64,000 nt of DNA, from the NCBI GenBank assembly GCA_051382295.1, contig JBBCAW010000004.1:1-64000 (forward strand), in the 5' to 3' direction. Position numbers and translations under genes: made by a program. Under the pieces are notes generated by a model. The model was not told the DNA's origin and ran no database searches. It saw only the letters and a program-made list of their open reading frames with translations. How positions within the stretch are numbered: the stretch's first letter is position 1; the number at the start of each line of letters is the position of its first letter. This document shows positions 57,661 to 64,000 of this stretch, piece by piece. Source of the stretch: Bdellovibrionota bacterium FG-1 (GTDB taxonomy: Bacteria; Bdellovibrionota; UBA1018).

Positions 57661-59219
57661 TGAATGGTCTCCTCTTTGCGTGGCATCCCGTTGGGGGTGG
57701 GAGCAAGCTTTTCATTGGTTTCGAGCTTATTCTTCAACACGCTCAAGGCGGTTTGCGCCCCTGAGACCGTCGTCCCCAGTTGAATATCGAGGGCCCGCAG
57801 GTCGGCTTTGCCTGAAAAAAACGTGTCGTGAAGAGCATGAACCGCCTCGACGGCCAGGGCCGCCTGCCGAGTCAAATCATAAAGCTCGCCATAAAAATAT
57901 TCAGTTTGAAGGATCTGCGGCGTCCATTTCTCATAACTGGCTTTGAGCTGTGTTTGGAGTTCAATCCATTGATGCGTAAACCCGCCCCAGCCCTTACGAG
58001 CGGCGGGCGATATTCGGCCATTTTTACTGCCGGCCCGCCATTGAGCGAATTTTTCAACATCGTTGGCCAGCTGGCCTTCCAGCGTAGTCGCAAATTGCTT
58101 GATCTCAGTCAATTCGGTCGTCGCTTTTGCATGAAGTTTGTCGTGATACTCTTTGAGTCGAGAAAGATAGATGCCGTCTTTGCTGCCACCCAAAAATACA
58201 GCTTTTGAGACCAGGATCTTTAGCCCCTTGGGAAGATTTGCGGGAACTTTGGCAATGACGGGGGGGAGCTTGCTCAACACGGCCTGGGTACTTGGGGGTT
58301 GTTGCGCAGCCTCAGTGATGTAGATGATATATTCGCCGCGAGGCAGTGGCTTGCCATCGGCGGCGCGCACTGCGGCAGTTTTTCCTAGTTTTTTTGTGAT
58401 CGTTGCTTGAACTTTGGTACTCAATGAAGGCTGGTTGAGGAGCGTGTCAGGAATCCCTTCGACCCACACATCGATCAAAGTTCCATCGGGAAGGTTTGTG
58501 GCAAGATAAAACGAAGGCGCCAAAATATCGGCGGTTGATAAGGCGACGGCCAGTTTTGGTCCGGCCGTCTCAAGCTGAGCCGAAGCGACGTTTCTCAGGT
58601 TTTGATAATCCTCAGTCGTCACATCTTCCAACATGGGTAGGGGTGATATCCATTGACTCAAAGAAGGATATCGTTCGACCAAGCTCAGAAGTTGAGGCTG
58701 GGTAAACTGAGAAAAAGTTTGGCCGACCGCACGAATGGACGGGGAGCGCAAGAAGGAGTCAAAGGTTCCGGCAAAAAATAGGGCCGTGATCCCCGCCAAA
58801 AGAGAAACAAAGACCCCGAATTTGACCCAATTGAAGGGTTGACTGGCTTGAGAATCTTTGGCCTGTGGAAGCTCTGAAACCTCAAGGGTTCTAGTCTTTT
58901 CAATAGCCGGCTCCTCCTGAAAGGGGATCAATGAAGGCTCGAGCGTGGGGGTCACCGTGAATATCGGCTCTGCTGGCACCGCTGGCGCAACCTCCGCAGC
59001 CGGGGTCAGAGGGGAAGAAGGAGGAGGAGGAGCAAGGATGGCCCCGAACTCCGTAACCTCGGTCATTGGCTTCCAGTCAGCCATCCCCTCAGCCCAAACA
59101 TAGTTTGAAGGCGCAATTTGACTCTGGGCGATCTTGGTTTGGATCTCCGCGAGCGAAAAAGGTCCCTCGTGGTGGTCCGTCAGATAGATAAACCACTTTT
59201 TTTCGTTGAAGCCGTCCAT
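57657..59219 (-). CDS. GYF_2 (DUF4339) domain membrane protein
   Basis: WFIY...HEGPFS...YVWAEGMADWKP, Pro-rich linker, one TM segment, large C-terminal region. ATG 59219. Confidence 0.85.
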   Translation of the reverse strand: MDGFNEKKWFIYLTDHHEGPFSLAEIQTKIAQSQIAPSNYVWAEGMADWKPMTEVTEFGAILAPPPPSSPLTPAAEVAPAVPAEPIFTVTPTLEPSLIPFQEEPAIEKTRTLEVSELPQAKDSQASQPFNWVKFGVFVSLLAGITALFFAGTFDSFLRSPSIRAVGQTFSQFTQPQLLSLVERYPSLSQWISPLPMLEDVTTEDYQNLRNVASAQLETAGPKLAVALSTADILAPSFYLATNLPDGTLIDVWVEGIPDTLLNQPSLSTKVQATITKKLGKTAAVRAADGKPLPRGEYIIYITEAAQQPPSTQAVLSKLPPVIAKVPANLPKGLKILVSKAVFLGGSKDGIYLSRLKEYHDKLHAKATTELTEIKQFATTLEGQLANDVEKFAQWRAGSKNGRISPAARKGWGGFTHQWIELQTQLKASYEKWTPQILQTEYFYGELYDLTRQAALAVEAVHALHDTFFSGKADLRALDIQLGTTVSGAQTALSVLKNKLETNEKLAPTPNGMPRKEETIQ

Positions 59220-59252
59220 TTTGATGATTTTCCAGTTAAAATAATAAGTGAA

Positions 59253-60119
59253 ATGTCTCAACGAAGCAAATATTGCCTGATTGGAATTCCGGACCACCAA
59301 GGAGTACTTCACGTGGGGGGACGTATTGGCTCAGCCCAAGGCCCCCAGGCCGTCCGAAAGATCTTGGCCCGCATGATCGGAAAAGCCGGCTTAGCTGACC
59401 GGATTTGGGACGCCGGTGACGTCCAAGGTCTGTCGTCGGACGTTGCGGCCAACCATCGTTTGGCGGCTGACCAGATTCGGGATCTTCACCGTTCGGTCCC
59501 CGGCACGGTCAGCGTCGTCATAGGCGGCGGTCACGATCACAGCTTTTCGCAGCTACTCGGAATCTCGGAAGGCATGCGTCGGACCAAGGGCGCCCAGCGC
59601 AAACTGCGCTTAGGATGTATCAACATCGACCCGCACTTAGATGTGCGCAAACCGGCACCCATTCCGACCAGCGGCTCCCCCTTTTATTTAGCGATTGAGT
59701 CGGGGGTCCTGGATCCTTCGCGATTGATTGAGTTTGGAATTCAAGCTCACTGCAACGGGCCCGCTCTTTGGGCTTACGCTCAGAAAAAGAAGATCAAGAT
59801 CATCCCTTTTGAAAAACTCAGGACAAATGCAGTCGCGATATTCAAAAAGCAACTCACTCAACTCTGTGCTTGTTGCGACGTTGTCGTGGTGAGCTTGGAT
59901 TTAGACTCTGCGGCCGAAGCCTTTGCCCCGGGTGTCTCGGCGCCTCAAACTGAGGGCTTCAGCTCGAGCGAACTATTAGATATGGTCGAAATATCGGCCC
60001 GTACGGCCAAAGTCGCGTCACTCGGAATCTTTGAGCTCAACCCCGTTCACGATATCGCAGACCGGACCGCGCGGTTAGCGGCGACGTTAGCTTGGCATTT
60101 TTTGGAGAAAATACGTTAA
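59253..60119 (+). CDS. hutG: Arginase-family ureohydrolase, formimidoylglutamase-like
   Basis: GRIGSAQGP, GGGHD, NIDPHLD, SGSPF, SLDLD, PGVSAP, ELNP. ATG 59253. Confidence 0.8.
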   Translation: MSQRSKYCLIGIPDHQGVLHVGGRIGSAQGPQAVRKILARMIGKAGLADRIWDAGDVQGLSSDVAANHRLAADQIRDLHRSVPGTVSVVIGGGHDHSFSQLLGISEGMRRTKGAQRKLRLGCINIDPHLDVRKPAPIPTSGSPFYLAIESGVLDPSRLIEFGIQAHCNGPALWAYAQKKKIKIIPFEKLRTNAVAIFKKQLTQLCACCDVVVVSLDLDSAAEAFAPGVSAPQTEGFSSSELLDMVEISARTAKVASLGIFELNPVHDIADRTARLAATLAWHFLEKIR

Positions 60120-60379
60120 GCGGCTTTTTTTAGAAGAACCTCATTGATGACTGTCTGGTACCCCACTCCCCGCCGTTTAGCCTCTTTCTTAGCCCATTTA
60201 AGCGCCTTCGGATGAAGCCGAATCGATACCGGTTCGTACTTATCGTCACCCTTAGGCGGCCGGCCACGACTTGGACGCTTGAGACCCGACTTTTCCTCAA
60301 TAGCCTCACGAGCAGATTGAAGCTCTTTTTCGGTGATTCGGCGGGCTATTTTAAATGGGAACGTGTTTAGCTTTTTCAT
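60116..60379 (-). CDS. BrnA-family antitoxin
   Basis: RGRPPK, VSIRL, GVGYQTVINEVL (ribbon-helix-helix). Downstream of a BrnT remnant. Confidence 0.88.
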   Translation of the reverse strand: MKKLNTFPFKIARRITEKELQSAREAIEEKSGLKRPSRGRPPKGDDKYEPVSIRLHPKALKWAKKEAKRRGVGYQTVINEVLLKKAA

Positions 60380-60585
60380 ATTCCTTCTTTTCACCACGGT
60401 TTGCTCGGCGGGCACTGATCAGTCGATAAATTTTTCCAGATTGGCGAAGGGTAAAAACGATCACAAGTTATGTCTGGTGCAATAAGCGCGTTAGGATCAT
60501 CAAATGCGGTGATCGCTTGGTTAAAGCTGATTCGGTGCTTTTCTAGGTTTAAGGCTGCCTTCTTTGGATCCCAATCAAACCTCAT
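60351..60585 (-). pseudogene. BrnT-family toxin, internally deleted and frameshifted
   Basis: MRFDWDPKKAALNLEKHRISF...FDDPNALIAPD, then a frame change near 60468 to LVIVFTLR...YRLISARRANRGEKKEY. Confidence 0.85.
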
Positions 60586-60588
60586 TTT

Positions 60589-60619
60589 TAGTATATACTA
60601 TAAAAAATGTTTTTGTCTA
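60589..60619 (-). promoter_or_regulatory. brnTA promoter with overlapping palindromic operator
   Basis: TAGACA-N18-TATACT four nt before the ATG (leaderless). Perfect palindrome tagtatatacta at 60589-60600. Confidence 0.6.
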
Positions 60620-60630
60620 CTTCGTTCGTC

Positions 60631-60671
60631 AAAAAGCTAAAACCCCCTGAGAGCTTTCGACTCCCAGGGGG
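60631..60671 (-). terminator. Intrinsic terminator of the lipoprotein gene
   Basis: ccccctgagag-ctttcga-ctcccaggggg hairpin, preceded on + by A tracts. Confidence 0.75.
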
Positions 60672-60717
60672 AAACAAGAAGGAGAGATAAGGATCAGGAC
60701 AGGACAGGGGACAACTT

Positions 60718-61341
60718 TTAGTCGGCTGCGCCGGCCGCCGGTGCGGCCGTATTTTCGGCAGGGCCGACGATAATCACCGGTGGAGCGACCTTTTCAGGGC
60801 GCATGGTAACCATAGACTGCTGCTCAGGGGCTGGCAGAGTTGGCGCCAATTTATGCCGCATTTGATCGCCCAATTCACAAACCTGCGCCAAGAGTCGATT
60901 TCCCGGGGCCGCAAGCGGGCCTTCAAGAATGGATAATAATTCACGAGCATCTCTTTGCTTGAGTGAGTAAGGCTCATTTTCATCGAGACGTGACGAGCAT
61001 TTTTGATCGATTCTCGAGATCAGATCTTTGCCATTGTTCCGGAGCTGTTTAGCATTGGCACACTTGGGGTCACGATGGGACGGGTCTGCACATTTGTGCT
61101 CATCCCATTTTTTCATTTTTGCGATTTGGTCCGAAAGAATCGCTGAACTTTCTTCGATTCTTACACAAGCCTCGCTCCATCTTGCTTTGGGGTCCTTGAC
61201 TATTTGCTGAAGCGCGGACTGAATTTCCAATGCGGCATCTTGGCCGACCAACACTTGTTGACAGCTGATGTCCCGGCAGCCCGTAAAAAACGGGGCTAGG
61301 GCAGTTACCGCTAAAACAGCCATTATTTTATACTTTTTCAT
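60718..61341 (-). CDS. Cys-rich hypothetical lipoprotein
   Basis: AAGGAG RBS, lipobox-like FTGC, six further Cys, Pro/Ala tail. Confidence 0.8.
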   Translation of the reverse strand: MKKYKIMAVLAVTALAPFFTGCRDISCQQVLVGQDAALEIQSALQQIVKDPKARWSEACVRIEESSAILSDQIAKMKKWDEHKCADPSHRDPKCANAKQLRNNGKDLISRIDQKCSSRLDENEPYSLKQRDARELLSILEGPLAAPGNRLLAQVCELGDQMRHKLAPTLPAPEQQSMVTMRPEKVAPPVIIVGPAENTAAPAAGAAD

Positions 61342-61382
61342 ATTCTCTCTCTCCTTCGTTCAATTCAATTACTGTTGAATAA

Positions 61383-61398
61383 AGCAAATGGGGTGCCA
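61383..61398 (-). promoter_or_regulatory. sigma54 -24/-12 promoter
   Basis: TGGCACCCCATTTGCT on the minus strand is a consensus TGGCAC-N5-TTGC match about 40 nt before the ATG. Confidence 0.85.
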
Positions 61399-61569
61399 AT
61401 AAGGCCCCTTGAAAAGATGGGGGAATTTCCACTGTGGAGCGCCCCCTGAGGTGAAAGCGTTAGCCAGGTGTCTAAGGGTTCGACGGTTTTGAGGCTCCTC
61501 CGAGTAGGCATTTCAGTTGGAGGCGAGTTGCCTATGAATTTCTTGATTCACGGCGATGAGTTGCATTAA

Positions 61570-61642
61570 CTGCCTTCCGGCGGCAGTAAATTGGTTTGAA
61601 GGAGCGGTGAACGGGTTCTTCTGCCGTCTAGCGGCAGTAAAT
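61570..61642. repeat. Two 22-nt direct repeats, each a CTGCC-N7-GGCAG hairpin
   Basis: ctgccttccggcggcagtaaat (61570-61591) and ctgccgtctagcggcagtaaat (61621-61642). Confidence 0.75.
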
Positions 61643-61719
61643 CCCACTGGCGCGAAGAATAAGCGCCCACATCAGTGTTGCTCCACATCATTTACCTTCT
61701 TGCGTTACAAAATCATCAA

Positions 61720-62643
61720 CTACTTTGCTGGAGTCCCCGCTTTTGGGTCGGGAAGCAACAAAGCCTGCCGTAATCTCGGCGCCATAAAATCAATAAATAC
61801 CTGCTGCCGAGGCGAGGTAAACTTTTGCTGTGGGTAAACCATATGAACCGGCTCGTCTCCCGTCGCCCAGCGTGGCAGCACAGGGACTAACTTTCCTTGC
61901 TGAACCTCCACCTGACAGGTAAAAACCGGCAAAAGCGTAATACCATGGCCTTCAGCAGCCATGGCCTTGAGCACTGCAATGTTATTGGCGGAAAATCTGC
62001 CGGCTATCTTGACACGCGCGCGCCGCTGTCCCGACTGTAAGTCCCAATAATTGCCCTCAAAAAGCGTATTAAAGCGCAAACACCGATGCCCTTCGAGGTC
62101 AGAGGGCGATTGAGGCATCCCCCGCGCTTTAATGTAGCGGGGACTCGCAAAAAGTCGAAAACAGCTTGTGCCCAACCGCCGTGCAATCAAACTCGAGTCT
62201 TCGAGCTTTCCCACTCGAATCGCGACATCAACGCTGGAAGAGACCAAATCAAGCACATCGTCGGTAATGACAAGCTGGACGTCAACTTCAGGATAGCTGT
62301 TCATAAATTCTGAGATGGACCCCGCCATAAAAGCCGAGGCCATTTCTGCAGGGGCTGTTACGCGCAATATACCTCGAGGTGATTTTTGGGTAGCGTGCGT
62401 TTCCAATTCCGCTGCGCCAAGTTCAGCAAAAGCACGCACGCTACTTTCGTAATAAGCCCGACCCGCGTCCGTGAGTTTTAATTTGCGAGTCGTGCGAGTG
62501 AGGAGAGTTATTCGGAGTGCCTCCTCCAGCGCCGCAACCCGCTTACTCACCGTGGACTTGGGAACACCGATCTGACGGGCTGCGCCCGAAAAGCTCCCCG
62601 CTTGCACAACCTGAACAAACATCCAAACCGCATTGTAATCCAT
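61720..62643 (-). CDS. LysR-family regulator (CrgA/DmlR-like)
   Basis: GSFSGAARQIG..KSTVSKR, LLTRTTRKL, DVAIRVG. ATG 62643. Confidence 0.95.
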   Translation of the reverse strand: MDYNAVWMFVQVVQAGSFSGAARQIGVPKSTVSKRVAALEEALRITLLTRTTRKLKLTDAGRAYYESSVRAFAELGAAELETHATQKSPRGILRVTAPAEMASAFMAGSISEFMNSYPEVDVQLVITDDVLDLVSSSVDVAIRVGKLEDSSLIARRLGTSCFRLFASPRYIKARGMPQSPSDLEGHRCLRFNTLFEGNYWDLQSGQRRARVKIAGRFSANNIAVLKAMAAEGHGITLLPVFTCQVEVQQGKLVPVLPRWATGDEPVHMVYPQQKFTSPRQQVFIDFMAPRLRQALLLPDPKAGTPAK

Positions 62644-62645
62644 TT

Positions 62646-62669
62646 GATTGTCCCTAATGAGAAACAATC
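62646..62669. promoter_or_regulatory. Probable LysR operator
   Basis: Inverted repeat gattgt-N12-acaatc between divergent lysR and pirin. Confidence 0.6.
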
Positions 62670-62741
62670 TATTTCAAATATCCACCCTTATCAACGCTCG
62701 AATTTCAGCCTAAGGTTGAAGACATAGAAAGGAGACTCTTT

Positions 62742-63443
62742 ATGATTCGCATTCGCAAGGCAGCAGATCGAGGACACTTTGACCATGGCTGGTTAAAAAC
62801 TTTTCACACCTTCTCGTTCGCAGGGTATCAAGACCCCGCCTACATGGGCTTTCGCGCGCTCCGGGTGATCAATGAAGACTGGGTCTCCCCCGGAGAAGGC
62901 TTCGGCACACATGGCCATCGCGATATGGAGATTATCACTTATGTTCTTGAAGGCGCGCTTGAACACCGCGACTCCATGGGGACGGGCTCCGTCATCACGC
63001 TGGGCGAAGTACAGTACATGAGTGCGGGCAGCGGCGTAACTCATAGTGAGTTCAACCACTCCCATGAAAAACAAGTCCACCTCTTGCAAATCTGGATTCT
63101 TCCAGACCAACGAAACTACAAGCCCACCTATGACCAGCACATCATTCAGCCGACAGAAAATAGAAATCGACTTTTTTTGATTGCTTCTGGCGCGGGCGAA
63201 TCCAACGCCATTCAAATCCGCCAAGACGCCAAACTTTATTGCAGTGTCTTTGACGCTGGTAATACAGTCGAGTTTCATCCTGAGAAGGATCGCCACGTGT
63301 GGCTTCAGGTGGCGCGGGGTTCTATCGCAGTTAACGCAATCACACTTGAGACTGGGGATGGAGCTGCCGTCTCCGATGAAATACTGCTTCGAATCAACGG
63401 CGGACCCCAAGGTGCCGAATTTCTACTTTTTGATCTCAATTAA
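62742..63443 (+). CDS. Pirin-family protein (YhhW-like)
   Basis: HGWL..FHTFSF, LRVINED, HGHRDMEIITYV, MSAGSGVTHSEFN, LQIWI. Confidence 0.96.
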   Translation: MIRIRKAADRGHFDHGWLKTFHTFSFAGYQDPAYMGFRALRVINEDWVSPGEGFGTHGHRDMEIITYVLEGALEHRDSMGTGSVITLGEVQYMSAGSGVTHSEFNHSHEKQVHLLQIWILPDQRNYKPTYDQHIIQPTENRNRLFLIASGAGESNAIQIRQDAKLYCSVFDAGNTVEFHPEKDRHVWLQVARGSIAVNAITLETGDGAAVSDEILLRINGGPQGAEFLLFDLN

Positions 63444-63469
63444 TGCTTCAACCCTAAAGGAAACCGAAA

Positions 63470-64000
63470 ATGAAAACACTTGTCATTAAATATCTCCCCT
63501 CCGGCGAAAAATCGAATACCGCAAAGCTTCTCAATATTTTTTTACATGAACTGGGCAACCACTCAGTCGAAACACTCGATCTGATCGAGCACCCTGCTCC
63601 TGCCTTCAATCTAGAAAGCATGGCTTCATATGCCAAACGCAACTATGGCGGCCAGACACTCAACCCCACGGAGGCTGCCGCGATTGCAGCTCAGGATCAA
63701 CTCGTCAAACAACTCAAATCAGCCAACGTCGTGGTCATGGCGTATCCCATGCATAATTTCGGCATGCCTGGCTCCGTTAAAACCTATCTCGACGCTATCA
63801 TGCAGGCCGGAGAAACTTTTGAGATGGGTAAAAAATTGATGGCAGGCCGAAAGGCACTGACGATATTCACCTCGGGTGGCCTTTATCCTACAAACCAAGC
63901 CACTCCTGAGTACCCAAACTGGGACACCCTGAGCGTTCTCTCCAAAATCAACTTCGGTTTCATGGGATTCGATGAGTCAGAGATTGTCACGACTTCGCTT
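63470..64000 (+). CDS. FMN-dependent NADH-azoreductase / flavodoxin-2 family protein (3' end outside window; not in ORF track)
   Basis: ATG 63470 reads MKTLVIKYLPSGEKSNT...PMHNFGMPGSVKTYLDAI...TSGG...FMGF and stays open to the window end. Confidence 0.9.
   Translation, partial: MKTLVIKYLPSGEKSNTAKLLNIFLHELGNHSVETLDLIEHPAPAFNLESMASYAKRNYGGQTLNPTEAAAIAAQDQLVKQLKSANVVVMAYPMHNFGMPGSVKTYLDAIMQAGETFEMGKKLMAGRKALTIFTSGGLYPTNQATPEYPNWDTLSVLSKINFGFMGFDESEIVTTSL

Noticed and set aside
59118..59312. Apparent 195-nt head-to-head overlap of the GYF_2 and hutG ORFs
   Set aside because: Artefact of longest-ORF starts. Domain boundaries place the starts at 59219 (-) and 59253 (+).

Overview
Chromosomal window from a bacterium that most likely belongs to the Bdellovibrionota (Oligoflexia/Bdellovibrio-like). 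This assignment is an inference from the dnaX-recR-mglA synteny without mglB, the PilZ and GYF_2 proteins, a multi-LamG surface protein and many Cys-rich secreted orphans. Core genes are rho, mltG, mscS, dnaX-recR-mglA-dksA, amn, mreB and a division/cell-wall (dcw) cluster split in two: rsmH-ftsL-ftsI-murE-mraY-murD-ftsW-murG-murC-murB and ftsQ-ftsA-ftsZ. Accessory DNA includes an M16 peptidase pair, a gamma-glutamylation catabolic cluster, a decaying AAA_14/DUF4143 + mobile-mystery + PIN + HNH-family island, three toxin-antitoxin loci whose toxins are broken, and a LysR/pirin/azoreductase unit. The best unexplained signals are five. (1) A candidate CsrB/RsmZ-like RNA with ANGGA hexaloop hairpins lies at the 3' end of a putative sigma54-driven unit that also holds a small ORF and a DksA paralog with a DxxDxT tip. 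(2) A 54-aa ORF missing from the ORF track resembles the FliG-binding C-terminus of FliF; it follows a sigma28-like promoter and lies next to two PilZ genes. (3) A ThDP enzyme / SRPBCC cyclase / KAS-III trio matches the NzsHIJ (CqsB) carbazole-forming core. (4) A 22-bp-stem palindrome lies in frame inside the dnaX linker. (5) A predicted secreted atypical-kinase-like protein. No rRNA, tRNA, cas gene, CRISPR array, transposase or integrase was recognised. All family calls come from motif recognition by eye; no searches were run.
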